From: an uncultured delta proteobacterium | GTDB lineage: Bacteria; Myxococcota_A; Polyangia; Polyangiales; JAFGIB01 | Assembly: GCA_963778655.1 (NCBI GenBank) | Contig: CAVZVA010000005.1 | Span: 320,001 to 384,000 of the forward strand | Length of the DNA stretch: 64,000 bases | Direction of reading: 5' to 3' | Shown: positions 35,701 to 45,405 of the stretch, piece by piece | How the letters are laid out: each line of letters opens with the position of its first letter | Position numbering within the stretch: the first letter of the stretch is position 1 | Notes under the pieces: generated by a model | Told to the model about the DNA's origin: nothing | What the model saw: the letters and a program-made list of their open reading frames with translations, nothing else | Database searches by the model: none | Program-made: the position numbers and the translations under genes

Positions 35701-35904
35701 ACGCTGGTGACCGGCGCGGGGGCGGCGGCCCGCAACAGCATCGGTCTGGTGATCGTCTCCGGGATGGCCATCGGCACCCTGTTCACGCTGCTCGTGCTGC
35801 CCTCGATCTACGTGTTGTTCGCCCGCGAGCACGGCGGCGAGAGAGCACAAGCCGGGGTACCCGTGGAGAACCACGAGCCCGCGGGCGCACCCGCGCCCGG
35901 CTGA
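32782..35904 (+). CDS. RND efflux permease (AcrB/MexW-like)
   Basis: 1040 aa; FIRRPV, GLVVDDAIVVVENV, PTEDQG, KNGIL, RLRPVLMT. Confidence 0.95.
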   Translation: MSLTDIFIRRPVLAVVVNLVILIAGLQAVRSLNVRQYPRSENATIKVTTAYIGASAELVRGFITAPLERAIAAADGIDYLESQSTQSLSTISARLKLNYDANKALSEISSKVAQVRGDLPPEAEVPVINIESADSQFASAYLSFSSNILQPNEITEYLVRAVQPRLTAIEGVQRAEILGGRTFAMRIWLKPERMAAQHISPAQVRQALAANNYLSALGKTKGSLIQVNLTADTDLRSVDDFKRLVIGRQGDSIVRLSDVADVVLGAEDYDAEVRFTGKRAVFMGIFVLPNANAIDVMGRVHKEMSALQKDLPSGLSARVAFDGTAYIRDAIHDVVRTLSETLLIVVVVIFLFLGTLRSALVPVIAIPVSLIGAVFLMQLFGFTINLLTLLAVVLSVGLVVDDAIVVVENVERHLREGRPPLDAALIGARELGAPIIAMTITLAAVYTPIALQGGLTGALFREFAFSLAGAVLISGIVALTLSPVMCAKLLRADHQQGWLAAHIESGFARLKRGYGRVLRGTLQARPAVYMAWVVLGLLVIPMFKFAPKELAPTEDQGVIFAPIVDAPADATVDETVRYADAANKLLMSVPEAAYTFQITFPSGGFGGLVVKPWSQRKRTIYRILPEVRRKLATLPGITMFPVLPPALPGGGTFPVEVAVASTAETRDVLGFAQKLKDEAMKSGKFMLLNIDTKFDQPQTEFEIDRDKVATLGLNLEQVGRDLSAALGGNFVNRFDIAGRSYKVIPQLKRKDRMNPEQLQNLEVTGPGGKLIPLRAIAKIKQQVAPRALGRFQQLNAVKLSGVSMLPLDDALKLLEAKAHELLPRGYVLDYTGESRQLRLEGNGFLQLLSLALILIFLVLAAQFNSFRDPLVILLGSVPLAMFGSFIFMVLKMPNPNMRFWTDGWTTTFNIYAQIGLVTLVGLVAKNGILIVQFANELQRRGLSKLAAVEEAAATRLRPVLMTSVATVCGHFPLTLVTGAGAAARNSIGLVIVSGMAIGTLFTLLVLPSIYVLFAREHGGERAQAGVPVENHEPAGAPAPG

Positions 35905-36208
35905 GCCGCAACCTGCGTGCCGAAGCGCGACGCCTGCCGTGCGTGGCGCGCTGCGGGTCGAGTGGTGACAATCACGCACGTGGCATTCGGCCTCGTCCGC
36001 GGCCACGGGTCACGCCCCGAGGCGCCGCGGCGGGCGCGCACGGGCGGCAATCTGCGCTGGGTCGCCCTGTAGACCGAGAGCGCCCAACGCTGGTCACCGA
36101 CGGTTGCACCGGACCCGTGCGTGGCCGGCCGCGCCGGCTCCGTGTCCGTTCGCGCCGGCTGCCGGACGGCCGGTCGACGACTCGCGCGGGGGTGTGCTAC
36201 ATGGCGCC

Positions 36209-37753
36209 ATGCAGCGCAACGTGGTCTTGATCCTCGATTTTGGCGCGCAATACGCGCAGCTCATCGCGAGGCGGGTTCGCGAGCAGCACGTCTACTGCGA
36301 GATCCATCCCTTCAATCTGCCGCTCGAGCGCATCCGCGCGCTCGAGCCACGGGCCATCATTCTGTCCGGCGGACCCGCCAGCACGCTCGGCCCGGAGGCG
36401 CCGCGGGTCGACGCCGAGCTGTTCCGCATGGGCGTGCCGGTGCTCGGCATCTGCTACGGGATGCAGCTGATGTGCGGCCTGCTCGGCGGCAAGGTGGAGT
36501 CCGCGCGCGAGCGCGAGTTCGGACCCACCACGGTGCTGGTCGAGCGCCCGGAGGGCATCCTCTCGATGCTCGGGCGGGGCGCGAGCACGCACGTGTGGAT
36601 GAGCCACGGCGACCGAGTGATTTCGCTGCCGCCGGGCTTCGAGGTGCTGGCGCGCAGCGACAGCTCGCCCTACGCCGCGGTCGGCGACGCGGCGCGCAAG
36701 CTCTACGGCGTGCAGTTCCATCCCGAGGTCGCGCATACCGATCTGGGCAACGAGATGCTGGGCGCCTTCCTGTTCGAAGTGGCGGGCCTATCGCCGAGCT
36801 GGACGCCGAGCTCGTTCATCGACGAGACCGTGGCACGCGTACGCGCCCAGGTCGGGGGCGGCCAAGCGATCTGCGCGCTCTCCGGCGGCGTGGACTCCTC
36901 GGTCGCGGCGGTGCTGGTGTCGCGCGCGATCGGCGAGCAGCTCACCTGCATCTTCGTCGACAACGGCGTGCTGCGAAAGGACGAGGCCACCCAGGTCGTG
37001 CGCATGGTGCGCGACCACCTCGGGCTCAAGCTGGTACACGTGGATGCGAGCGAGACCTTCCTGCGCGCGCTGGCCGGCATCAGCGATCCCGAGCAGAAAC
37101 GCAAGACGATCGGACGCCTGTTCATCGACGTCTTCGACAAGGAGGCTGCCCGCCTGGGCAAGGTCGACTTCCTGGTGCAGGGCACCTTGTATCCCGACGT
37201 GATCGAGAGCGTGTCGTTCAAGGGGCCGAGCGCGGTGATCAAGACCCACCACAACGTGGGCGGTCTGCCCGAGCGCATGAAGCTGTCCCTGATCGAGCCG
37301 CTGCGGGAGCTGTTCAAGGACGAGGTGCGCGAGGTCGGGCTGCAGCTGCAGATGCCCCGACACGTGCTGTGGCGGCAGCCGTTCCCCGGACCCGGGCTGG
37401 CGATCCGCTGCCTGGGCGAGGTCACCGCCGAGAAGCTGCAGATCCTGCGCGAGGCCGACGCGATTCTGCAGGAGGAGGTGCGCGCGGCCGATCTGTACGA
37501 GGCGCTTTGGCAGTCGTTCTGCGTCATCCTGCCCGTGCGCAGCGTCGGCGTGATGGGAGACGACCGCACCTACGAGCACGTGGTCGCGGTACGCGCCGTG
37601 ACGTCCAAGGACGCGATGACCGCGGACTGGGCGCGCCTGCCCTATGATCTGCTGGCCCGCATCTCCTCCCGCATCATCAACGAGGTGCACGGTTGCAACC
37701 GCGTGGTCTACGACATCTCCAGCAAGCCCCCAGCGACGATCGAGTGGGAGTGA
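36209..37753 (+). CDS. guaA: GMP synthase (glutamine-hydrolysing)
   Basis: [47 protein letters not shown]. Confidence 0.97.
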   Translation: MQRNVVLILDFGAQYAQLIARRVREQHVYCEIHPFNLPLERIRALEPRAIILSGGPASTLGPEAPRVDAELFRMGVPVLGICYGMQLMCGLLGGKVESAREREFGPTTVLVERPEGILSMLGRGASTHVWMSHGDRVISLPPGFEVLARSDSSPYAAVGDAARKLYGVQFHPEVAHTDLGNEMLGAFLFEVAGLSPSWTPSSFIDETVARVRAQVGGGQAICALSGGVDSSVAAVLVSRAIGEQLTCIFVDNGVLRKDEATQVVRMVRDHLGLKLVHVDASETFLRALAGISDPEQKRKTIGRLFIDVFDKEAARLGKVDFLVQGTLYPDVIESVSFKGPSAVIKTHHNVGGLPERMKLSLIEPLRELFKDEVREVGLQLQMPRHVLWRQPFPGPGLAIRCLGEVTAEKLQILREADAILQEEVRAADLYEALWQSFCVILPVRSVGVMGDDRTYEHVVAVRAVTSKDAMTADWARLPYDLLARISSRIINEVHGCNRVVYDISSKPPATIEWE

Positions 37754-38067
37754 GCCTCCGCGTGGCTGCGCGCCGCGGCGCGTTGCTGTGGCTGGTGCTG
37801 TCCGCGTGCGCGGGCTGCTACCCGCACCCGCCGCCTCCCGAGGTCGCGAGCCTGCGCGTGATCGCGGAGCCCGAGACCGCCAGCGTCTACGTCGACGATC
37901 AGTACGTGGGCAGCGCGCGCGTGCTGGCGAAGCGGCCGATCACGCTCAAGCCCGGTGTCCGCTTCGTGACCTTCGAGGCGGCGGGCTACTTTCCCCACGA
38001 CCTCAAGCTCAACCTTCCGCGCGGCGAGACCACGATCAAGATGAAGCTGCGCCCGATCCCGCCCTGA
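37750..38067 (+). CDS. PEGA-domain small lipoprotein
   Basis: GTGA overlap with the guaA stop, Cys-containing leader, [21 protein letters not shown]. Confidence 0.7.
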   Translation: MSLRVAARRGALLWLVLSACAGCYPHPPPPEVASLRVIAEPETASVYVDDQYVGSARVLAKRPITLKPGVRFVTFEAAGYFPHDLKLNLPRGETTIKMKLRPIPP

Positions 38068-38075
38068 GCGCGCGA

Positions 38076-38807
38076 TCACTCGATGCGCACCAGCTTTTCG
38101 GCAGGGATGAAGGCCGCGACCTCGCCCAGCGCTCGGGTGACCTGCGCCGCGTCGGCGCCGTCCACGGTCACCTTCAGCCGGTATTCCTGGTCGCGGAAGC
38201 GCGGATAGCTGCCGATCAGCAGGTCCGGGTGGCGCAGCGCGACGGCCGTGAGCTCGGACGCGATTTCGCCCTCGTCGCACAACGTGAAGACGGCGCGGCT
38301 GTGAAAGCCCGAGCCCTGGTCCAGGTGCACGCGCAACACGGGAAACTTCATGCGGAAGATCTCCGGCACGCCCGGAAACACGTAGACGTTCTCGATCGCG
38401 ACCGTGGGCCACGGTATCTCGGCGCTCGCGAGCAGGCGCGCGCCTTCGGGGACGTCGGCCATGCGCAGGTGGTCCTCCGTCACGCGTGCTCCGTGATAGT
38501 CGCGGATCAGCGTCTCGATCTCGGCTGCGCGCACCAGCCTGGTGCCGAAGGCCTTGGCGATCGCGGGCAGGGTGACGTCGTCGTGCGTCGGCCCCACGCC
38601 ACCGCTGGTGAACACCATGTCGTGCGTGGCGCGCAAGCGATTGAGGTCTTCGGCGATCACGTCGATCTCGTCGCGGCAGAACACTGCACGTGCCAGCACG
38701 ATACCCAGCTTGAACAGCTCCTGGCCCAGGTAACCCAGGTTGCCTTCCTGGATCTTGCCCGTCAGTAGCTCGTTGCCGATGATCAGCGCGGCGGCGGTCC
38801 GGGCCAT
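38076..38807 (-). CDS. CinA-like / molybdopterin-binding domain protein
   Basis: IIGNELLTG, TSGGVGPTHDDVT, PGVP, IGSYP. Confidence 0.88.
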   Translation of the reverse strand: MARTAAALIIGNELLTGKIQEGNLGYLGQELFKLGIVLARAVFCRDEIDVIAEDLNRLRATHDMVFTSGGVGPTHDDVTLPAIAKAFGTRLVRAAEIETLIRDYHGARVTEDHLRMADVPEGARLLASAEIPWPTVAIENVYVFPGVPEIFRMKFPVLRVHLDQGSGFHSRAVFTLCDEGEIASELTAVALRHPDLLIGSYPRFRDQEYRLKVTVDGADAAQVTRALGEVAAFIPAEKLVRIE

Positions 38808-38901
38808 CGCCGCGCATCATACGTCGCCCCGGCTGCCGCGTCGACGCGGCGGGGTAGGGCGCGTGTCTGGAGCGGCGCCTGCGCGGGTGCCCGCGGCGCG
38901 C

Positions 38902-40068
38902 TCAGGCGCCGAGCTCGATGCCGAGGTGGCGGGCCACCGTGACCAACTCGCCCGCCGGAGGAACCAGCTTGGGCGCGCGCAGCGCCTTCTCGATCGGAAC
39001 GGTCACGATCTCCTGGCCGCGCAGCGCCACCATCACCCCGCCCTGGCCCCGCGCGCAGCACAACGCCGCCGCCACCCCGAAACGGCTGCCGAGCAGGCGG
39101 TCGAATGCCGATGGCGAGCCCCCGCGCTGCAGGTGCCCGAGCACCGTGACGCGGATCTCGTGGTCGATGCGCCCCGCGAGCTGGTCGGCCAAGGTTTGGC
39201 CCGCGCCGCCGAGGCGCGCCAGGTGGCCCTTGTGTCCGCGCTCGAGAGTCGCGTGCCCGCCGCCCCTGGGGTGGGCCCCTTCGCCCACTACCACGATGCT
39301 GAACGTCGCGCCCAGCTCGGAGCGGAGCTGGATCTTCGACACAATGCGCTCGATGTCGTACGGGATCTCCGGAATGGCGATCACGTCGGCTCCGCCCGCG
39401 ATGCCGGCGCAGAGCGCGATCCAGCCGGCGTAGCGACCCATCAGCTCCACCACCATCACGCGGTCGTGCGATTCGGCGGTGGCGTGCAGGGCGTCGATCG
39501 CCCAGGTTGCGGTCGAGAGCGCGGTATCGAAGCCGAAGGTGTAGTCGGTCGCCGCCAGATCGTTGTCGATGGTCTTCGGCACGCCGATCACGGGCATCCC
39601 GCGGTGCATGAAGGTGCGCGCGAAGTGCAAGGTTCCGTCGCCGCCCACCATTACCAGCGCATCGATTTGATGCCGCTTCACGCGCTCGATTACCGCCGCG
39701 GAGACGTCTGTGTAGGCCACTTTGCCGTGCGCGTCACGCGTCGGGTAGGCGAACGGGTTGGCGCGGTTGGAGCAGCCGAGCACGCTGCCGCCTTTGGGCA
39801 GGATGCCGCGCACGCTGGCTCGCGTCAGCCGCAGCATGCGGCCGGCCTGGATCAAGCCCTCGAAACCGTCCTCGCTGCCGTAGACCTCGATCTCGAGCTC
39901 CTCGCAGGTCTTGACGAATGCGCGCAGCACGGCGTTCAGGCCGGGCGCGTCTCCGCCCCCGGTCAGGATGCAGACGCGTCGAAAGGCGGCGCGCGCGCGG
40001 GCGCCCTGGCTCGGGCTGCGCTTGCCTCGCACGGCGGGCGATTTCGTTGTGCGCTTGCGCGCGGCCAT
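38902..40068 (-). CDS. pfkA: 6-phosphofructokinase
   Basis: TGGGDAPGLN, GGDGT, PKTIDND, MGR, GHLQRGG. Confidence 0.93.
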   Translation of the reverse strand: MAARKRTTKSPAVRGKRSPSQGARARAAFRRVCILTGGGDAPGLNAVLRAFVKTCEELEIEVYGSEDGFEGLIQAGRMLRLTRASVRGILPKGGSVLGCSNRANPFAYPTRDAHGKVAYTDVSAAVIERVKRHQIDALVMVGGDGTLHFARTFMHRGMPVIGVPKTIDNDLAATDYTFGFDTALSTATWAIDALHATAESHDRVMVVELMGRYAGWIALCAGIAGGADVIAIPEIPYDIERIVSKIQLRSELGATFSIVVVGEGAHPRGGGHATLERGHKGHLARLGGAGQTLADQLAGRIDHEIRVTVLGHLQRGGSPSAFDRLLGSRFGVAAALCCARGQGGVMVALRGQEIVTVPIEKALRAPKLVPPAGELVTVARHLGIELGA

Positions 40069-40086
40069 GGCGCCATCCTAACACCA

Positions 40087-40818
40087 TCAGGCGCGTCGGC
40101 AGGCGCTCTCGTATATGGCGATGCCGGCCGCCACCGAGGCGTTGAGCGATGCGATCGGCCCCGGCAGCTCGATGCGCGCCAGAAACACGCACTGCTCCCG
40201 CACGAGCCGCCGAAGCCCGCGCCCCTCCGATCCGATCACCAGCACGCGTCCGTCTTCGGAAGCTGGAGGCGGCAGCGCCCTGAGCTCGACCTCGCCGTCG
40301 GCGTCGAGGCCGACGACCTGGAAGCCGTGCTCGCGCAGCTCGCGCAGGGCGCGTGCCAGATTCGTCACGCGCGCGATGCGCGCCCGCTCGGTGGCCCCGG
40401 CCGAGGCGCGGACCACCGCCGAGGTCACCGGCGCGGCCCGGTCTTTGAGCGTGAGCACGCCCGCGGCGCCGAAGGCGACCGCGCTGCGAACGATCGCGCC
40501 GAAGTTCTGCGGATCGGTGACTTGGTCGAGCGCGACCAGCAAGGCCCCGGGCCCGGCCGCCGCCAGCAAGTCTTGCAGGCCGAGGTACGGGTAGTCTCCG
40601 GCGATCGCGATCACGCCCTGATGGCGGGAGCCGCCGGCCAGGGCTTCCAGCTCCGCCCGGTCACGCGACTCGCAGCGCACCCCGCGCTGCCGTGCGAGCG
40701 CGAGCAAGCTCCCCAGGTCCCCCGCCGGCTGAGCCTCGGTGTAGACCACCGCGATGCGCTCGGGCGCCGCCCGCACGCCCTCGGTGACCGCCCGAGGGCC
40801 GAGCAGGAGCCGCTTCAT
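40087..40818 (-). CDS. rlmB: 23S rRNA 2'-O-methyltransferase (TrmH/SpoU family)
   Basis: HQGV, DPQNFGAIVRSA, SAGA, IGSEGRG, SLNASVA. Confidence 0.88.
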   Translation of the reverse strand: MKRLLLGPRAVTEGVRAAPERIAVVYTEAQPAGDLGSLLALARQRGVRCESRDRAELEALAGGSRHQGVIAIAGDYPYLGLQDLLAAAGPGALLVALDQVTDPQNFGAIVRSAVAFGAAGVLTLKDRAAPVTSAVVRASAGATERARIARVTNLARALRELREHGFQVVGLDADGEVELRALPPPASEDGRVLVIGSEGRGLRRLVREQCVFLARIELPGPIASLNASVAAGIAIYESACRRA

Positions 40819-40848
40819 CGGACGCGCTGCACCGGCCCGGGGGCGGGC

Positions 40849-41649
40849 TCAGATCCCGTCGAGGCCCTTGAGCGGATCGTTGTCGCCCCCGGTGTCCTTC
40901 TTCTCGCTCTTGCTCGAGCTGCTGCTGCTCGACTTCTTCGCGCTGCTCGCGTGGTGGTGCGAGCTGTGTGACCGGGCGGGCGTGCTGTCCGCCTCGCTGG
41001 CTGCGGCCTTGCGCGCGGCCAGGGCCTTGGCCTCCTCGGCCTTGGCCACAGCCTCGGCTTCGGCGGCGCGCTTCTCTTCGGCCAGGCGCGCGGCCTCGCG
41101 CTCCTTGGCGGCGAGCTCGTCGGCAATGCGCTGCTTCTCCTGCGCCTGCATTTGCGCGAGCCGCTCCTTGGCTTGGAGCTGCGCGGCGGCACGCTCCTGC
41201 CCGGGCTTGTACACGCCGAAGTAGCCGTACGCCATGCCGCCCGCAGCGAGCAGTGCGACCGCAGCCAGCGCCAGCGGTGACACGCCCTTGCGCCGTTGCG
41301 ATTCGATCTGCTTGATGCTGAGCTCGTGCTGGCGCTGGCGGTGCTGCTCCTCGGCCTTGAGCTTGGTCTCCGCTTCGAGCCGCAGGCGCAGCTCAGCTTC
41401 GTCGCGCTCGCGCTGCTTGCGCTCGACCTCATCGCGCTCCTGGCGCTCCGCGGCGAGCCGGGCTTCTTCCTCGGCTCTGCGCCGCGCTTCTTCTTCTTCC
41501 TTGCGCCGGTTCTCTTCTTCCAGCCGGCGGCGCGCTTCCGCTTCGGCCCTGCGCCGCGTCTCCGCCTCTTCAGCTTGGATTCTCTCTTCTTCGAGAGACA
41601 TCAGCTCCTTGAGGTTGAAGAGAACAGAGGACTCTTTCTGCTCGTTCAT
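40849..41649 (-). CDS. coiled-coil membrane protein, hypothetical
   Basis: GGAG RBS; E/R-rich coiled coil, single TM, second coiled coil, Ser/Lys tail. Confidence 0.75.
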   Translation of the reverse strand: MNEQKESSVLFNLKELMSLEEERIQAEEAETRRRAEAEARRRLEEENRRKEEEEARRRAEEEARLAAERQERDEVERKQRERDEAELRLRLEAETKLKAEEQHRQRQHELSIKQIESQRRKGVSPLALAAVALLAAGGMAYGYFGVYKPGQERAAAQLQAKERLAQMQAQEKQRIADELAAKEREAARLAEEKRAAEAEAVAKAEEAKALAARKAAASEADSTPARSHSSHHHASSAKKSSSSSSSKSEKKDTGGDNDPLKGLDGI

Positions 41650-41947
41650 CGCGGGTCTCTCTCCGTTGCAACAGCGCTCGCTGCTCCAGTGTCTGGAAGG
41701 CGCGCACGCGCAGCGCCATGTACCTTTGCCACGAGCAGGCCCTCCAAGACGCCACGCAATAGTAGCGGTCGTGTCCGAGGCTGTCAATCGTGACAACGCC
41801 CGGTTGCATGCTGAATTGCTCCATATTTCAACACCTTGCTACGAGAGCCAGGGCTCTGATAAGTAGCCCGCCGAGAGCCGGTAATGTCCTAGAATAGCAG
41901 CGGTGCTCCAATGTAGGGACTCGGCGTGGGATTCACGGGAGGGTGCG

Positions 41948-42163
41948 ATGCCGACCGAAATCACGGCACATATCACGGGAACCGTTTGGAAGATCGAGAA
42001 GCAGGTGGGCGACCCGGTGGCCGAGGGCGAGACGGTCGTGATCCTCGAATCCATGAAGATGGAAATGCCGGTCGAATCGCCGATCGCCGGGCCGCTCAGC
42101 GAGCTGCGCTGCCAGGAAGGCGATGCGGTTCAGGAGGGCGACGTCCTGGCTCTGATCGGATGA
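41948..42163 (+). CDS. stand-alone biotin/lipoyl carrier protein
   Basis: GGGAGG RBS; ESMKME biotinylation motif; 71 aa. Confidence 0.88.
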   Translation: MPTEITAHITGTVWKIEKQVGDPVAEGETVVILESMKMEMPVESPIAGPLSELRCQEGDAVQEGDVLALIG

Positions 42164-42444
42164 CCTTCGCGACAGCGCCGTGGACGGGCGCGGCAGGGCT
42201 CGCCTACCCTGGGACGGTGCGCGCGATCGCATGGCTGACCCTGGCGGCCGCTCTGCTCGGCGGGTGCTCTCTGCAGAGCGGGAACAAGGGCGCCACCTGC
42301 ACCCGCAGCGCCCAGTGCGTGGCAGGGCTCGCCTGCGTAAGCGGCCGTTGCAGCGACAACCTGTCGTCGATCGCGAAGCAGAGCGACGTGCCCATGCTGA
42401 TGAGCGCAGACGCGGCAACCGGCGACGACGCCGGCGGCGGTTGA
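42160..42444 (+). CDS. small Cys-containing lipoprotein
   Basis: ATGA overlap, lipobox LLGGC, CTRSAQCVAGLACVSGRC. Confidence 0.6.
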   Translation: MTFATAPWTGAAGLAYPGTVRAIAWLTLAAALLGGCSLQSGNKGATCTRSAQCVAGLACVSGRCSDNLSSIAKQSDVPMLMSADAATGDDAGGG

Positions 42445-42451
42445 GCGCCCG

Positions 42452-43198
42452 CTAGCCCGCGCGGCGCCGGCGGCGCAGGACCGCGATCAGGGCGGCTGCC
42501 ATCAGCAGATCGAGCCCGAGCGAGGCCGCCAGCAGCGCGCGCAGGGTTCCCGCCGAGCGGGCCGCCACGGTGACCGGGCCGACGCGCGCGAAGGCGCGTT
42601 GTGGCTGTGGCTCCGCTTCGAGCGTGCTCTGGATGACACTCACCCGGTCCGGCTCGAGCCCGTTGAGCGCGCCTGCGACCAGGGCGCGCACCGAGCCCTG
42701 ATCGAGCGGCGGTGCGCCGCGCCTGCGCTCGATCAGCACGGAGGCCTTGGCGCGCGGGGGTGGCGCGTCCAGCGCCGCGGGCGCATCCGCAGGCGCCAGG
42801 TGGACGTGCGCGTCGGCCACGCCCGGCATGCGGCGCAGCGAGCGCGCCAGCTCGCCCGCGGTGGCTGCCACCCAGCGCGCGCGCTCCTCTTGCGGCGTCG
42901 CGATCAGCTGGGGCTCCCGGTAGAGCGCGTCGAATCCGCTCTCTGGTGCCTCGGGCAGCCTGCGGGCCTCGATCAGCGCGAGCGCCGAGGCCACGTCGCC
43001 CGCGGCAACCTCGACGCCGAAAGCCCCGGACCCCGCGCCCGGCTGCGCGACCTTGCTGGCCGCGATCGCGGAACGATCGAGCGCCACCACGATCTGGTTG
43101 GCCTCCTGCTCGGTCAGCCCTTGCCGCACCACCGCCTTGCTGCAAGCGCCGAGCAGCGCCCCCCCGAGCAGGACAAGCCAGGTCCAGCCCACACGCAT
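42452..43198 (-). CDS. sctJ: YscJ/SctJ (FliF-related) ring-forming lipoprotein
   Basis: Lipobox LLGAC, GLTEQEANQIVVAL, TPQEERAR...ELARSL..MPGVADAHVHL, AKASVLI, LVAGALNGLEPDRVSV, C-terminal TM. Confidence 0.8.
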   Translation of the reverse strand: MRVGWTWLVLLGGALLGACSKAVVRQGLTEQEANQIVVALDRSAIAASKVAQPGAGSGAFGVEVAAGDVASALALIEARRLPEAPESGFDALYREPQLIATPQEERARWVAATAGELARSLRRMPGVADAHVHLAPADAPAALDAPPPRAKASVLIERRRGAPPLDQGSVRALVAGALNGLEPDRVSVIQSTLEAEPQPQRAFARVGPVTVAARSAGTLRALLAASLGLDLLMAAALIAVLRRRRRAG

Positions 43199-43371
43199 CG
43201 GCCAGTCCTGCCCCATCACGCTGGGACGGTCAACACCCACCCCGACCCAGACGTCCCCGTCCCCTTTGCCCGGCGGGCGGGCGGTCTATTCCTGCGGCTT
43301 TTTCTGCGGGCGCGCTCGCGATCGCACTGCGCCGACAAGCCGGCCGTGATCAGGTCATTTGGGCTCGGGTC

Positions 43372-45330
43372 CTAATTCACGCCGAACGAGTAGCGCGCGC
43401 CCATACGCGGCGCGGGGAAGGAGGGGAAGCTGATCTGCCTGACTTTCGCCGCGATGCAGCGTTTGAAGCCTGCGCTGCCGGTGCTGATGCTGGCACCGGC
43501 CACATGGCCGCTGCCCATGATCGCCATGTCGATCTGCACCGTGCCCAGGTGCCGTCCGCCGCGCAGCTCCTGCGTCACGCAGCCGAACAGGCTGTTCAGG
43601 CGCCGGTTCATCACCGCCTCGATGTCGGCGGGTCGCAGCTGGCGCTCGCCTCCGCCCTTGGTCGCATCGCCCATGTCGATCGCCTGGTTCATGGCGTCGT
43701 CGTACGAGCTGAAGCCGCCGCTGCTGTGCTGGCCGCCGGCGGAGCGCCGGCTGCCGCCACTACGCGCGGGACGCGCGCGCAAGATGCCCGCGGTGCCGCT
43801 GATCTTGACCCGGCCCGTCTCCAGCATCTCCGCCAGGTCGACGTCCTGCTGGGCCTGGCGCCGCTGGGCGGCCTGGCGGCTCATCAAGTAGCCGCCGCCC
43901 GCGAGCACCAACACCGCCAGCGAGCTGCCCAGGATCACAAACTTGGCCGCATTGGAGTGGCGCTCGACGCGGGTCGACTTCTCGAGCGCGGCCGCGTAAT
44001 CGGCGTCGGCCTTGCGCAGCTTGTACTGTTCGACGAACTCCGAGAATTCCGGCCACTCCCCCAGCGGCTTGCTGTCGCCGTTGCGCATGTTGAGCAGCAC
44101 GTGCTGCTCGAGCACCTCGCCCTCGACGATCAGCTTGACCAGCTCACGCGCGGTGAACGGCCCGTGATCGAGGCCGCCCTTGACCGCGATCCAGCGCGCG
44201 GCGTCATTTTCGAACAGCTTGGCGGCCGCTGCCGAGAGCTGGCTGTCGGCTGAGGGCGCGGGCGGGGGCGGCCGGCGTTCGGGCGCCGCTTGCTGCCCCA
44301 GCGGATCGCGTGCGGGGGCGAAGGGAGGCGCGGCGGCGGGCCGGGCGGGCGCCGGCGCCCGGACGGGTTGCGCGGGCGCGGCTGCGGTTGCGGGCGCTGT
44401 TGCGGGCGCGGGCGCGGCCGCGGGGGGCGGCAGCGAGAGCGCGACGTCGACGTCGATTTCGAGGTCGACTCCGAGCTCAAGCCGATCGGGCTCCGGGGTT
44501 GCGGCCAGCAGCGGCAACAACGCCTCCATCAGCTGCTCGACGCTGCCGAAGCGCGCGCCGGGATCGGAGGCGAGGCAGCGCGCGACCACCGCATCCAGCT
44601 CTTGCGTGGCGTCCGGATGCGACTTCGAGGGTGGCACGCGCGGCTCGTCGGGCGGCCGCCCGGTGAGCAAGGCGTAGAGCAGGGCGCCTAGCCCGTACAC
44701 GTCGCTGGCGCGGCTCACGCTGCCGGTGGTGCGCGCTTCCGGCGCGAGGAACGCGTGCTCGGCGGCCGGCAGCAGCTGCCACTTGTGGCTCGAGGCCAAC
44801 GCCAGCCCGAGTCCCAGCTCGCCCAGCTTCACGCGGCCCGACTTCGAGATCCACACCACGCCGGGACGCAGCGCGCCGTGGCAGATCGCCGTGTGGACCT
44901 GCGCGAGCGCCTTGCACAGATGCGCCACGACGTTGTAGGCGGCGCGCGCGCTGATCGGCGCGCCGCCCGCGCCATGCGCCGCGATCGACTCCGAGAGCGT
45001 GGCGCCGTCCACCCACTCGCAGGCGATGAAGCAGCGGCCCTCGTGGGTCCCGATGCCATAGGTACCGAGCAGCGAGCGATGGCGCAGCTTGGCCGCGGCG
45101 CGCACCTCGCTGCGGATGATTTCGAAGGTCGCCGCGTCTCCGGCGAAGGTGGCCGAGAGGATGCGCACGGCGATCGGCTTGCCCGTCTTCTCGTCGCGTG
45201 CGAGCAGGGTTTCGCCGAGCGCGTCCGCGCGCGCGCTGCGCTCGATTCGGAAGCGCCCTCCGACGAGCGCTCCGGCCGCGATGCTGGCCGCGGCTTCGAG
45301 ACCCGAGGGCAAAGGCGCTGGCCTAGACAT
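43372..45330 (-). CDS. Ser/Thr pseudokinase - GYF-like - TM - TonB_C/AgmX-like protein
   Basis: Kinase fold (APE, SDVYGLG retained) with degenerate catalytic motifs, WIAVKGGLDHGPF, TM, C-terminal domain with two Cys. Confidence 0.78.
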   Translation of the reverse strand: MSRPAPLPSGLEAAASIAAGALVGGRFRIERSARADALGETLLARDEKTGKPIAVRILSATFAGDAATFEIIRSEVRAAAKLRHRSLLGTYGIGTHEGRCFIACEWVDGATLSESIAAHGAGGAPISARAAYNVVAHLCKALAQVHTAICHGALRPGVVWISKSGRVKLGELGLGLALASSHKWQLLPAAEHAFLAPEARTTGSVSRASDVYGLGALLYALLTGRPPDEPRVPPSKSHPDATQELDAVVARCLASDPGARFGSVEQLMEALLPLLAATPEPDRLELGVDLEIDVDVALSLPPPAAAPAPATAPATAAAPAQPVRAPAPARPAAAPPFAPARDPLGQQAAPERRPPPPAPSADSQLSAAAAKLFENDAARWIAVKGGLDHGPFTARELVKLIVEGEVLEQHVLLNMRNGDSKPLGEWPEFSEFVEQYKLRKADADYAAALEKSTRVERHSNAAKFVILGSSLAVLVLAGGGYLMSRQAAQRRQAQQDVDLAEMLETGRVKISGTAGILRARPARSGGSRRSAGGQHSSGGFSSYDDAMNQAIDMGDATKGGGERQLRPADIEAVMNRRLNSLFGCVTQELRGGRHLGTVQIDMAIMGSGHVAGASISTGSAGFKRCIAAKVRQISFPSFPAPRMGARYSFGVN

Positions 45331-45405
45331 GAACGCAATTAGGGTAACGGAGCCGTGCCCGCAGGTTCAAGCCCGGGAGATCCCGAGTGGTCTTGGGTTC
45401 ACCGC

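Noticed and set aside
35905..36208. Possible purine-related riboswitch upstream of guaA
   Set aside because: No recognisable purine or PRPP aptamer motifs by eye; an Rfam scan would be needed
45340..45379. TAGGGT...AAGCCCGGGAG resembling ykkC/guanidine-type riboswitch ends
   Set aside because: Far too short, lacks the internal conserved segments, and lies on the strand opposite the flanking genes
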